From assembly GCF_009914755.1 (NCBI RefSeq), contig NC_060931.1: 64,000 nt of DNA, one strand, 5' to 3'. Position numbers and translations under genes: made by a program. Source of the stretch: the human T2T-CHM13v2.0 reference genome, Homo sapiens. The stretch's first letter is position 1. Every line of letters begins with the position of its first letter. The notes under the pieces are model-generated. The model was not told where the DNA came from. It ran no database searches and saw nothing but the letters and a program-made list of their open reading frames with translations. Positions 17,791-33,267 of this stretch are shown here, piece after piece.

Positions 17791-18059
17791 TGAAGTACAA
17801 AGAAATTTATGATTCATTTATTCCTGCTCTAAGGAATTTAAAATTTGGAGAAAACTCAACTTATGTTTGACTATATTTGTCAAAGATGTACGTGGCATCT
17901 AAGCTGGATTATAAAGGATATAGGATTTAGATCTTCCAAAAAGATAGGCAACTTAAGACAAAGGTGAGCTGTGTGCCTAGAGCTCTGAAAAAATATTTTT
18001 AAATAGAGTTGTTTTTGGATTATCAAAGCAATCTAAAATAGAAATAACTCAAGTACCCA

Positions 18060-20250
18060 TTATTAGGATTATAGGGGTCCAAGAGAAAAATAGACACAAA
18101 TGACAGACATATGAGGTTAATAGATTCACTTTATTATTACTAGATCTGGCCTGGAGCAGGTGGCTTGGACTTGCAACCACTATTGTGCTTTCTGAGATCC
18201 ATTCCATAAATTTGGATTGTGGGCCATCTCATGGGAAGAAGAGTCTCTAAGGCAGATAATTTGCAGTCACCACGATATTCTTGTTGTTAGAGCTATAACA
18301 TCTAGATGGAATTCCTATTCAGATAGAAAATTATCCATCCAAAAGAGAAAACACTGTCTCATCTATATCAAGCCCTGAGAAAGGGGTCAAAGAGATAAAG
18401 CCAATATGTGTCAACCTGACATTTATATCATTATCTTGCTCCAATCAGAAAAGTAAATTAATTGTCAGATTCTTTTAAATGTATACCAGTTGGATAGCTC
18501 ATTCCTCTTCCTATGTAAGAAAGTGAATAAGGGGTTGGAAGAAGAGATAAAAGTTTTACTGACCTGCTGTCCTTTCCTGGAGTAGAAGTTATTTTACGGC
18601 ATCATGAAGGTAGGAGAATATGGTCGCCCTCAACACTCTTTATATCTCTGACAAAGCTCAAGTCCAATTTTGCTACCCACTTCAGAAATACATTAAATAT
18701 GTACACATGCAGCAACACACCCTTACAGAACACTCCCACTGTGATAGCTTGCCTGCAGTTCTCCCTTGTTTTCTTCACCCAAATGGTTTCTAGGCATTGA
18801 CATCCTCATATTTGTATACATTCCATTACAAATTCTTTAAACTGTAATTTTATTTTGCCTCCATTTGTACTTGATTGATTTCTTTCAAACAAGATACACG
18901 TTTTGATTGCTGTTTTCATAATGAATTCTATACCACCAGGTCTCAGGGATATTTACAAGGTAAAATTGATCTTCTCTGCTAAGTCTCAAGTTCACCTTGA
19001 CTTTTTCCCCTAACCGATATGGTATGTACTGGTATCACTGGTATATCTGCTAAAATAGGTGTAGACTTTTTGTACATTCAACTATGTTTTTTTTTTTCAA
19101 TACTAGGAAACTCATCTGCTGTTAATCTTTTTTTTTTAACATCAGAAGTAAGGGTCTGATATTTCCCCTATTGTAATAGAAAATCTTGTCTTCCTTTTGG
19201 ATGTCTACTTAAATTCTTCTCAATCAGAATAAAAAATGTTTTCTTCTTGGTCATCGTGATAGACTTTCTGTCTGAGGCATTTTATAACCTCTAGGTAGAA
19301 GTCAAGGGTACATGCCCTAATCTCTCTTTCCAAAGGCAACAAAGAAGTGCCCCAATATATGTCTTCATCATGAAATTAGTGGGTCTTGGTGGGTGGAGGA
19401 AAATCTCTCTCTCAGGACTGGATGACATCATTGGAGCCTCTTTTCTCCTTATTTTTTCTTCCCTGGCTGATGGGTTGGGGTGCACTTCTATTTGGAAAGA
19501 GTTCCTGGTCATGGAAGACCTAGAAGATCTGGGTAATAAGAGAGGAGTGGGCCTGGTAAGGACTGCTTATGTGAACCTGGTTCTAGAGAGGTGAGAAATA
19601 AGCCATTCAGCCCCATTTTAGTTAAAGCCTAAAGCTAACCATTACAAGTATGGCCCATAGCTCATCCAGCCCAGTGTTAGGGAACATATCACAGGCCTAT
19701 CCTTATATTTACGTATGGAGGCTGCTGTTACATTCTCCAGGAGGAAACAGTATCAGAGAAACTTGTATCCAATTTCCTCCTCCAATGGAGAGAGTGAGGC
19801 AAATCCAATTAGTGAAAATGGGGAGTACTTGGATGCTGCTTGGCCTTATTAACAGGGAGCATAGCTACTGCACTGTGGCTCTGATGACACAGGGAGTGAC
19901 ATAAAAGGCCTTGCAATAGTCTTTCATCCAGATTTATTGCCAGTAAAGCTGGTAGTTGGATCTCACCTTTAGCTAGCTATTTATGTTTGTCTCCTGGAGG
20001 GGACACATGAGAAATGGTAATTTGAATACCACACCCCCCTGAACTTTCAGCATCCAGTTTACCAAGGCAGTAGCTTACAATGATATTTAGATTCCAAATA
20101 ATTAACTAATAATAGAGCATTTTATTTCCTTGGAGAATGTTCTGTGCCTAGTGCTCCCTCCCTACGCAGTATTACCAGCTACAGTGTCAGCTAGTCAAGA
20201 TTCAGAGCCTTAAGACCTCAGTCAAATATCTTTTTCTATCAGCTGTAATC
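18060..20250 (-). mobile_element. Degenerate ERV internal segment (class I gag-like) with LTR-like flank
   Basis: Minus-strand peptide remnants HVPLTS.EV and QTLTSDVKKKRLTADEF resemble ERV1 capsid; LTR-like block with minus-strand AATAAA near 18130. Confidence 0.4.
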
Positions 20251-20309
20251 AACATCCGCTAGGCAAAGCCCTGTTGTTTGTGGAAATTTAAGTTTTGGTC
20301 TAGAAAACC

Positions 20310-20427
20310 TACCTATATCTGTATCTATCTATATCTATATCTATAGCTACATCTATATCTAATCTATATATCATCTATATCTATATCTGTGTCTGCATCT
20401 AATCTATATCATCTATATCTACATCTA
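20310..20427. repeat. Degenerate (TATCTA)/(ATCT)n simple repeat
   Basis: Directly visible. Confidence 0.9.
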
Positions 20428-20855
20428 AAATATATTCTCCAATAATTTATTTCTCGTATTATTTCCTTTTAAAGCCCAAATACAATGTGAAAGAAATGGT
20501 TCAGTCGTTTCCTTTCATGTGGCAAAGGGATCCTAGACATGGTCATTATAGTTAGCATGATACAGATATAAAATAGGACTTAGGAGGGGAAAATGCAAAA
20601 GCAGAGAAGTGAGAAGCAGCAGAGCACATGCAATTCCTCAAGCACTTTTTTTTTTTTTTTTTTTTTTTTTTTGCCAGAAAGTTGTTGATCCAACCTGGGC
20701 ATAGCTGAACTGAATGAATGCACCATGGCCAATGATTCAGTGGAGGACCTTGCCCCTGCAATGTTCTCCATACTTATAGGGGCTGTATCTAAAGATATCT
20801 ATAGGGATTGTATATTTATAAAGACTGCCTGTTTTTAAAGACTAGTTGTCTAGTT

Positions 20856-21075
20856 CAGAGTTGGCAAAATTTTTCTGTAAAGGGCTAAAGAGTAAATAAT
20901 TTTAGCTCTGTGAACCACAGGTTCTGTTGCAGGTACTCACCTCTGCCAGCATAGTATGAAAGCAACCATAGCTAATATGCACATTAATAAGCATAACTGT
21001 ATATCAACAAAACTTTATTTACAAAACAGGTAATGAGTCATATTTGACCCACAGGGCCATAGTTTGTCAACCCCT
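20856..21075. mobile_element. MER58A (hAT-Charlie MITE)
   Basis: TIRs cagagttggcaaa / tttgtcaacccct; internal aaactttatttacaaaacagg. Confidence 0.85.
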
Positions 21076-21339
21076 TATGTAAATAACAACGTAAGCATGA
21101 GTGCTTTTTGTTCAAAAAGTGGTCTTCATGGAAGGAGAAAACTTTTGGATCTCAGTAACTGGTGTTCTTCTGTTGAGCTAACTTGGACTTCCTGAGGCAG
21201 CTCTCTGCTAAGCTACCCAGAGACATAGAAATGAATCTCCAGGACCAGATTCTATGAGCACTATTACTCATCTCACGTGATTCTATAGGAGTGGATAGGA
21301 GTCACAGCAAAACTTTAGAAATATGTGTCTGAAGTCACA

Positions 21340-22800
<1,461 letters not shown>

Positions 22801-23084
22801 CAGTTGAATCTCAGCGGTGAGCCACCAGCATCTATGATGCATCTCTTCTTCCTGCGGCAGTTGATTGGTTTTCTGGATCTTTTGAAGCTACAAATCTTCC
22901 TTGATATAGAGAGTATGGGCTGCCTCTTCCCCAAGGAGTGACTCTAGACATTTTTCCCCAAAGTTACAGTCTTCTACCTACTTCGTCTTTATCTCCTCGT
23001 ATGTTTTTAGAATATTTCCCTTTCAGATTCTCTTTGATTATGATACATATTTATGTATGATAATGATTTCATGAACTCTTGACT

Positions 23085-23205
23085 TCAAAATTGGGACAGT
23101 TCCAGTTCATACCTGTGGTATCAGCATAATTATTAATGGCACCCATTTTTGTTCCCAGAGTTGTCTTGGTTTGGACAATATATTATATCAATATATAGTC
23201 ATCCT
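23085..23205. mobile_element. MER81-like hAT MITE
   Basis: tgggacagttccagtt...taattattaatggcaccc...ggtttggacaat. Confidence 0.55.
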
Positions 23206-23978
23206 CACTGTATGCATTCACTTCTGCTCTTTTGTCACTGAACTTCTGTTCTGCCAGTTTTTATCTCTCATGGTGAGGAGTCTCAGGTGGCATTGCATTC
23301 TTAGTGCATCCCCAGGGACCCTCATCATGAACTGCCACATCTGGCCATTGAATTCAAATTTGGGCTTTGCAGCCACTGTCTTTTCCTACCTGAGCAGACA
23401 GACTAATTTATCTAGGTGACACAAATTAGCAATGAACCATTATCCACTCCTTAGAGTTGCTGAGCTAGGCTTTGCATAGGGAATTGCCTGCCTCAGAAAG
23501 CTGAGTCATCAGCAAAAATCTCACAGCCTTCAATGTTTGAAAACTCATCTTTCTCCTCTTCTGCCAGGTGAATTGCATGCTGTTTGTTACCAGGGTCTGC
23601 TGATCAAGACTGAAATGAGTTATTTCTTTCATTCTTTTTTGTTTTATTTTGTATTCTTTTTTCTTTTTGTATTCTTTAGCACTCTTGTGCCTCATTGACA
23701 TACTCTTCATGAATCAATGGCAAACCATTTTATGTATTGATTCAGTTTGGTTTAGCAAAAATCCTTTCATGGCCACGCTTTGTTAGCCATTGATTTGTAT
23801 AACTTAAGATGCTATGGTATACTCCTCTTAAATAGTCTATATTTCAGATTTCTACCACTGAATTATATTAGTCTTCACTCAAGTTAGTTATAATTTACCC
23901 CATTTCACAAGGGAATCCTATAACACGGGGTGAGGTTTCACTGCAGCAACTGTGATTTTGGCCAGATCTGTCTTAACA

Positions 23979-24332
23979 CAGTTGGCCCTCCATATCCGCA
24001 TATTCCACATCTACAAATTCAGGCAAGCCTGGATTGAAAATACTTGGGGAAAAAACCAATAAAAATAACATTACAACAATAAAAATAATATTGATAAAAC
24101 AATACTGTATAACAACTATTTATATAACATTTACTTTATATTAGGTATTATAACAAATCTAGAGAAGTTTTAAGATATACTGGAGGATGTGCATGGGGTT
24201 ATATGCAAATACTACCCCATTTTATATCAGAGAAATAAACATCCTCAGATTTTGGTATATGAGGTGGGTGGGGTTGGGGGGTTGAGGAGTGGAGTCCTGG
24301 AACAAATTCCTTGCAGATACCAAGGGACAACA
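23979..24332 (-). mobile_element. MER2 (TcMar-Tigger)
   Basis: cagttggccctccatatcc start; tatatgcaaatact...ttttatatcag; gataccaagggacaac end. Confidence 0.85.
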
Positions 24333-24335
24333 ATA

Positions 24336-24503
24336 TTTTTTATGTTTTATTTTAGAGATGGGAGTCCCGCTATTTTACCCAGGCTGGAGTGTAGTGCTAT
24401 CCACAGGCCTGATCAAGCAACAATCCTCCTGCCTCAGCCTCCAGAGTAGCTGGGACTACAGGCATGCACCTGTAGGTGGCAGGCAGGTGCCACTGCACCT
24501 GGC
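24336..24503 (-). mobile_element. FAM (free Alu monomer), rearranged
   Basis: Retains the 7SL-type gtgctatccacaggcctgatc segment that dimeric Alu arms lack. Confidence 0.75.
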
Positions 24504-24730
24504 ACTTTTTTTGAGTTATTCTGACATCATTTTGCCAACATTTTGTCTGTGGCATACACTAATCCATCTTGGCTATTCTTAGCCTATTTAATATGTATCA
24601 GTTCACTTTTGGTGGCTTTTCTTTAATCTCTGAAGATTTTAACCAACTCTATTGTTGATGCTTTAACATGCAAATGTTAATTCTATTCATTTGTGTTTAA
24701 ATAAGTAAGCCATGAGATTCTTAGGTCTGA

Positions 24731-25034
<304 letters not shown>

Positions 25035-25051
25035 AGGTCTGAGGTTTTCAT

Positions 25052-25520
25052 TGTATTGTTTCGGTTTTGCTGTGTAACAAACTGCCTCAAAACTTTGTTG
25101 CTTTAAAACAACAACCATTAATTTAGCTCATGATTCCATGAGTTGGCAGTTTGGGCTGAGTTCAGCTGGGTGGTGGTGTGCTGATCTTGGCTGGACTCAC
25201 CTGGCATAAATGCGGTCACATCAGTTGGCTCCGATTCTGGGGCTAGGTTGACAATTGGCTGTGGTTAGGGAGATGAGCCATGTGTCTCTCATCATCCTGC
25301 ATCCTGGGCTTATTCACATCATTGAAAAGGTTCCCAAATATCAAAAGGACAAGCTCCAATTCACAAGTGATTTTAAAGCCTCTGCTTATGTTTTCATTAT
25401 TGTCTAACTGGTCAAAGTAAGTCATATGGCTAAGACCAGCCTCAATTTGGAAGAGCACTGCAGAATAACATGGATGCAGGCAGCAGAATTATTAGGACTT
25501 TCTTCTTTTCTTTTTTTTTT
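25052..25520 (-). mobile_element. MLT1G/H-like MaLR LTR
   Basis: ttgctgtgtaacaaactgcctcaaaact...aaaacaacaaccatt...gggctgagttcagctggg. Confidence 0.75.
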
Positions 25521-25729
25521 TGCAAATAATTTTCCAAAAGTTTGTACACTGAAACACTGCCTAATTGTGCTTTATGTGTAGAAGTCAATGAAATTATATG
25601 CATAAAATCCAAGAAATCTTAATTATGAAAGTATGAAAAGAACCCCATTGTAAAATTTCACCTAGTTATATCCCATGACATAATCCTAGAGGACAATATT
25701 GTAGTCAGACTTTAATATATTTTAGTCAA

Positions 25730-26113
25730 CTTTATAGACTGAATTATTTCTTCCCCCTAACTTCATGTGTTGACATTCTCAACCTAGGACCTCAAAATGT
25801 GACCATATTTGGAAATAGGACCTTTAAATTGGTAGTTAAGATAAAATGAGGTCGTATGTGTGGACCCTGATGCAATTTGACTGTTGCCCTCATAAGAAGA
25901 GGGGAATAAGACACAGACAAGTGTACACACAGAAGAAAGGCCATATGAGGACACAGCAAGAAGGCGGCTATATGCAAGCCTGAAAGAGAGACCTCTGTAG
26001 GAACAAAATTTGCCTACACCTTGATCTAGACTCTAGAACTGTGAGAAAATAAATTTGCATTGTTTTAAGCTGCCCAATCTGTTGTACTTTGTTATAGCAA
26101 CCCAAACTGACAC
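25730..26113 (+). mobile_element. MLT1A-like MaLR solo LTR
   Basis: aatgtgaccatatttggaaatagg; agaactgtgagaaaataaat; tttgttatagcaacc. Confidence 0.85.
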
Positions 26114-27674
26114 AGATGGTACCTAGAAATTTAAAAAAAAAAAAATCCCAGACAGGATAGATTTATTTGATGGCTTATGGGAAAGGTGATCCCTAATTAT
26201 TTCAGTTGTAAACATAAAAACATGCAGGGAACTCAGCTCAATTTTGCACATAGTACTCATTCAAAATGTATGTAAGGAAAGAATATTGCCTTTATATTGC
26301 CTTTACATCTTACACAGGAGAACCAGGCTTCAAGATTGTCACATTTGCTATCCCACTCCTTAGGGCGTCTTCTCTTAATAACCAGGCAGTGGTGGTAACA
26401 TGTCAACTTCTGAATCATATTCAGTTGGAATTAAAGCTGGGGGGCAGAATTTTGGGGCAGCAGTAGCTAGGGCAAGTGACTTCTCCTGAAGCTGAGAGAG
26501 GCTCAGGTGTGCAGCAAATATGAAATAAAAGTGTGAATACAAAATATAAGAATTAAGCAAAAAGGCTTAAAATTCAAAATATAGGAAATATTCCTTCTTA
26601 TAAGTTGCAGTATCACTGAATTTGTTTCTGTCTTTGGTAGATTGAGTTTTTAGCCATCTTACAGGGTTATACACACCTACCAAATAACTTCACATAGACA
26701 CGGATTACTGCGTTACTTTCATGGGCATTAAATAATTAGCATGGAGCCATGGACATATGTAGACTTAAGAAATACTACACAAAAGTCTTTAAAATAATTT
26801 CAAAAACATTTAAAATATTTAGACGGGAACGATGTCAATGTCAATGACAAAAAGTCAATGCCCCTGAGAACTATATATATATTTCACTCAAGAGTACTCC
26901 TGGATAGGCACACGGTACTGATTTTAAGTGGAAAGAGTATGGGTGGGAATCAAAGGAAAAAGAGAAAATAGACATTATGAACATAGAGGCTTATCCAATC
27001 TGGAAGTGAGGTTATGGGAGAAAATGGTGGCTGGGCTAACCTCATGGCCTGTGAGGCCTTCCTACATTGACTGGGGAGTCTGGAAGGGATAGAAAACTTG
27101 GCTTTCAGTTGGAGTGGGTTGAAGAGGGGTAGGAAGGGAGAGCCCATGGCCAAGAGGAACTTTATGTGTCTTCAAAGGGAATAAAAAATGAGCTGCGAAG
27201 TGTAGCTGCTCCCCTGACCACTTTTACATTTATATGTTTGACTAAATAATAGATTCTTGTAGAAATCAAAAAAGCTCTGAAAAGTCCAAAATGTAAAATT
27301 TATGGCATTCCCATTCCTGACCTTCAGTTACCCACTTCCCATCCTTTTCTTGTTTTGATTTATACATGATCTAGGAACTGACATGCATTTTCACCTGAAA
27401 AAGAAAGAAAAACTAAACATAAATTGTGGCATACCATGTTAGTAATTCTGTATTTTGGTCTCTTCGTGTAATGCTTTTTGGACATATGCCATTTCAGTAC
27501 ATGTAGTGCTGAATAGGACCTAATGGGTACCTAATCAAACAGAATGTCCAGAGTGTTCTATTTTATGGACATGCCTTAGATGTTACACAGGTTTAGTGAC
27601 TATATTTTAATGTTTTGGAGTTGGTTTTTCTTAGTTTTTTGAGGTAAATGCTTATCACATTACTTTTTATCGCG

Positions 27675-27950
27675 ATGAAGAGAAGTTGGTTAATGGGTAA
27701 AAAATACAGTTAGAGAGAAGAAATAAGTTCTAGTATTTGATAGTAGAGTAGGGAAATTATACTTAATAGTAATTTGATATATATTTTAAAATAGCTAGAA
27801 GAGAATTGCCATGTTCTCAACACAAAGAAAAGATAAATGTTTGAGGTGATGGATTCCCAGTTACCCTAATTTGATCATTACACATGGTATATAGTATCAA
27901 AATATCACATGTATCTCCAAAATAAGTACAACTATTATATAGTAAAAAAA
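27675..27950 (+). mobile_element. L1MA 3' end
   Basis: ttggttaatgggt...aaatagctagaagag...ataaatgtttgaggtgatgg...ttgatcattacaca. Confidence 0.85.
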
Positions 27951-28863
27951 AGTTTAAACTGGCATTATCTAGTATAAAAAAGTGAAAGTATTTATGGCTA
28001 TGATTTTGCCTCTGATCTTTTTCACAAAAAATATTGTAGCCACCTCTTCAGTAATTTCTAAATTGTCTGAAATTTCAGTTTTGATTATTTTTTCTTTGAC
28101 TCAAAAACACTTAAATTTTTTTTTTCCTTCAAGGAGATAGTCTTTTTATTATGTTTTGGCAATTAAAATATAATTTGGCTTTCTATTTATAGCCTAATTC
28201 ACGTTATTATTTTAAAAATTTTAAGAAAAAAACCCAATATGTTTTTTGTGGAAGGCATGCTCTATGCTGTCTTACCTGATGGTGCTTGAGGAAATGTTTT
28301 ACTTCCATACACTAAATGTGGCCCTAACTACCAGAATGAGACAGACTTGCAACGAAATTATTGAGATTTAAAAGATGTGTACCACATTCCATCCCATCAC
28401 AGTGAGGACCCCACACATTTAAGTTACACATTCCATGCCATTAAATGAAATGTGACTCTATTACTTATTGCAGGCTGGTAATTGATCTTTCCTGCCATAT
28501 TTGACAGATAGATAAATCCAATTTTCATCTTATACAACTTAAAAAAATTTTCTTCTTTTTGATGAAAAACATCAACTTTGAGGGACAAACTTTTTCTTAG
28601 CTTCTCTTAATGTGGTATATACTTTATTCACAACTTAAGGTGACTTTTCTCACTCTGTAATGTAACGATTTCACTCCCCACCTCCCTAGACTGCCAAGTG
28701 CAGTTGTTTTGTTTGAACCAAGTCTTAAAAATGGCCAGCAATGATTTGGCTAAGAGGTTAAGCCTGAATTCTCAGAGGGACAAGTTTCATTATGGTTGCA
28801 GAGCCACCCTCATCCCACACCACAAAACATTCATTTACCACAGTAATGTCAGAAGGTGTGGGT

Positions 28864-29514
28864 ATAGTCAGCCTTACTTATCTGTGGGTTCCGCATCCCT
28901 GGATTCAACCAACTGTGGATCAAAAATATTTGGAAAAAAAACAATAAAAATACAACAATAAAAATATTATAAATAAAAAACAATATAGTAAAACAACTAT
29001 TTATACAGCATTTACATTATATTAAGTATTATAAGCGATTTAAAGATGATTTAAAGTATATGCGAGGGCTGGGCACAGTGGTTTATGCCTGTAATCCCAG
29101 CACTTTGGGAGGCTGAGGCAGTCAGATTACTTGAGGTCAGGAGTTCAAGACCAGCCTGGCCAACATGGCGAAACCCCGTCTCTACTAAAAATACAAAAAT
29201 TGGCCGGGTCTGGTGGCACACGCCTGTAATCTCAGCTACTAGGGAGGGAGAGGCAGGGAAATTGCTTGAACCCAGGAGGCAGAAGTTGCAGTGAGCTGAG
29301 ATAGTGACACTGCACTCCAGCCTGGTTTGTTTTTGTTGTTGTTGTTTTTGTTTTTCTTTTTCAGATGGAGTGAGACTCTAAAAAAAAAAGTAGGAGGATA
29401 TGTGTAGGTTTCATGCAAATACTATCCCATTTTATATCAGGGACTTGAGCATCTATGGATTTTGATATCCATGGGGGTCCTGGAACCCCCAAGGATAGCA
29501 AGGAATACCTGTAC
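28864..29514 (-). mobile_element. MER2 split by an Alu
   Basis: atctgtgggttccgcatcc...ggattcaaccaac and gggacttgagcatc...gggggtcctggaacc halves. Confidence 0.88.
29067..29389 (+). mobile_element. AluS with a rearranged 3' end
   Basis: Alu dimer; inverted tail segment at 29326-29371. Confidence 0.93.
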
Positions 29515-29623
29515 TAGCCAAATGAATGCAAAACATCTAATTATGAGAAAAATATTTGGCTCATATTCAGGCACTGGGTTGACCCTGCTCAAAGAAATAT
29601 CATTCTGCATTGGCTATATCCAA

Positions 29624-30200
29624 ATGTCCTTTGCCCACTTTTTAATGGGGTTGTGTTTTTCATGTAAATTTTGAAGTTTTTCAACCATCCAATGAGAAGG
29701 GAGGGAAAAATATGAGCTTGTGCAGAAAACATAGGAGTAGTTGTGAAAAATAGAGAGGTTAAAAAAATTTTTTTAAAGTTATTGTCAGTGGTGTCCAATG
29801 TTACAAAGAGATTAAGGAGAATGATTACATATTGTCATGTAATTATCACCACCATCCATTTCCAGAACTTTTTCATCCTGCAAAACTAAAACTTTATGCC
29901 CATTAAACAACAACTCCTTATTGCTCTCACCTCTGGACCCTGGCAACCACTGGCCATAACTTTTCAATTCTTAAGCTTAGTTTTCTTCCTTCTATCCTCA
30001 TTCCCCATGACCTCTGTAACATTGGACACCACTGACAAACAATAACTTTTTAAAGATTTTTTTAACCTCTCTATTTTTCACAACTGTTCCTCTGCCGTCT
30101 GCACAAGCTCATCTTTTTCCTTCCCTCCTCATTGGATGGTTGGAAAACATTGAAATTTACATGAAAAACAAAACCCCATTAAAAAGTGGGCAAAGGACAT
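29624..30200. repeat. Inverted duplication, arms ~29624-29824 and ~29998-30200
   Basis: Manual reverse-complement alignment, roughly 85-90% identity over ~200 bp. Confidence 0.95.
29840..29952 (-). mobile_element. L1MA/MB 3'UTR fragment (spacer of the inverted repeat)
   Basis: accaccatccatttccagaactttttcatc...cccattaaacaacaactcc...cctggcaaccac. Confidence 0.75.
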
Positions 30201-30851
30201 GAACAGACACTTCTCAATAGAAGACATCCATGCAACCAACAAACATGAAAAAAAGCTCCACATCACTGATCCTTGGAGAAGTGCAAATCAAAACCACAAT
30301 GAGATACCACTTACACCAGTCAGAATGGCTATTACTAAAAAGTCAAAAAACAACAGACGCTGGTGAGGTTGCGGGGAGAAAGGAACACTTTCACACTGTT
30401 GGTGGGAGTGTATATTAGTTCAACCATTTTGGAGGACAGTGTGGCAATTCCTCAAAGACCTAGGGGCAGAAATACCATTTGACCCAGCAATCCCATCACT
30501 AGGTATATACCCAAAGGAATAGAAATGATTGTATTATAAAGATACATCCACATGTATGTTCACTGCAGTACTATTCACAATAGCAAAGACATGGAATCAA
30601 CCTAAATGCCCATTAATGATAGACTGGATAAAGAAAATGTGGTACATGACCAGCCTGGCCAACGTGGTGAAACCCCATCTCTACTAAAAATACAAAAGAG
30701 TAGCTGGGCATGGTGGCAGGTGCCTGTAATCTCATCTACTTTGGAGGCTGAAGCAGGAGAATCACTTGAACCTGGGAGCCAGAGGTAGCAGTGGGCCGAG
30801 AGACCATGCCACTGCACTCCAGCCTGGGCAACAGAGAGAGACTCTGTCTCA

Positions 30852-30883
<32 letters not shown>

Positions 30884-31265
30884 TATGGTACATATACACT
30901 ATGGAATATTATGCAGCCATAAAAAGGAATGAGATAATGTCCTCTGCAGGGACATGGATGGAGTTGGAAGCCGTTATCCTCAGCAAAGTAATGCAGGAAC
31001 AAAAAACCAAACACTGCATGTTCTCACTTATAATTGGGAGCTGAATGATGAGAACACATGGACACAGGGAGGGGAACAACACACATTGGGGCCTATTGTG
31101 GGGTGAGGGAGAGCATCAGGAAGAATAGTTAATATGTGCTGGGCTTCATACCTAGGTGATGGGATGATCTGTGCAGCAAACCACCATACACATGTTTACC
31201 TACGGAACAAACCTGCATATCCTGCACATGTATCCTTGAACTTAAACGTTGAAGACAAAAAAAGA
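30153..31265 (+). mobile_element. L1PA13-16-like, 5'-truncated (ORF2 C-terminus and 3'UTR)
   Basis: QIKTTMRYH remnant; 3'UTR gagcatcaggaagaatag...gatgatctgtgcagcaaaccacc; A-rich tail. Confidence 0.9.
30648..30876 (+). mobile_element. Alu, 5'-truncated, inside the L1
   Basis: 17-bp TSD aagaaaatRtggtacat (30631, 30877). Confidence 0.95.
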
Positions 31266-31844
31266 GGAAAAAATATAAATTGTTTTATTAATTGCAAAAC
31301 TAAATAAGAGTTTTATTTTTAATGGTTTTTAATCCTTTTCTCTTGCTAATGGTTTTCCCCATGGCATCAATTTTTTTGTGACTTTATCATTTCTATGTAG
31401 ATAATTATGCTCCCGTTCTGGTACTCTAATCTCTGCTGAGAAAGAACATTGCCACTCAAGAATGTTGTCATCACTTAGAATTAATGCTCAGCCCCTTATC
31501 ATCTCTCCCACAACTAGTTCCTTTATTTTGTCTCTTTGTTTTGCTGTTTTTAAAATTTACCTAGTCATATTCTCCCAGAAACTCAATTGCTTCTTTATCT
31601 CCTGCTCCTGCTCACTAAGTACATTCAGTGCCATCTTTGAAAACCTTTTGCATCTGTCTTTTATTTTCTCTTTCCATTTCTGTCATCTAGGGATAACTTC
31701 TGGTGGCCTGCCTGGTGTCAAACTTTCTCCAAGCACAATGTACTCTCTGCTCCATTCACCTTCCCCCAAAATCACTTTCCTCGTCTATCACTTCTCTGCA
31801 CCTGTTTCCCACTGGCTTTTTTTTTTTTTTTTTTTTTTTTTTTG

Positions 31845-32302
<458 letters not shown>

Positions 32303-32964
32303 TGAGCACCTTGTGTTTTCCTCTAGGTACAACCTGACATATGAAGACCATTACAATTCTCTCTCATCTCACTTTTTCTAAAATTCTATAGTATTCATAA
32401 CTGGTACCACAGGAATCTAAGCATTTCTCATAGGCCTAGATTGTCTGCTATACTTTGTATTTATTTGGTGTTCCTCCTCCCTCTCAGGCAACTTAGTTGC
32501 AAATTCCTTGAGGTCATAGATCTACAGAGCTCTGGAACAACTGAAGATTTTTCATGAGTCAGAAATGTCCTGGTTTTGAAATAGTTGTAAAAATAGCAAG
32601 CTTAAGAATATATCAGGGGAAGTTGGAAAGCTTCTGCTAAAGTAAAGGAGTTGTGGCCAAATAACCTTTATGGGTGGCACGCGGTGGGGTGGGGGAGTTG
32701 ACTTTATTACAGGGCAGTTGTTGAGATCATGTTTTGGGAAGCAAAGATGTAGATTCTGGAAGGAGGCCATAGAGAGGCAGAAGCTGGAGAAAGCTCCTGT
32801 GTAGACACCAACCAGAATTAAGATGTGGCTTATCAATGGATTACACCTCATATGCTTGTGATTCACTTGTGATTCAGCTCTGTCTTAAAGAAATGTTACC
32901 AAATACTTTGTTGTGTATGTGTCATAAGCACTCATAAAGCTATATTGAAATTTTAGTATTTAGG

Positions 32965-33267
<303 letters not shown>

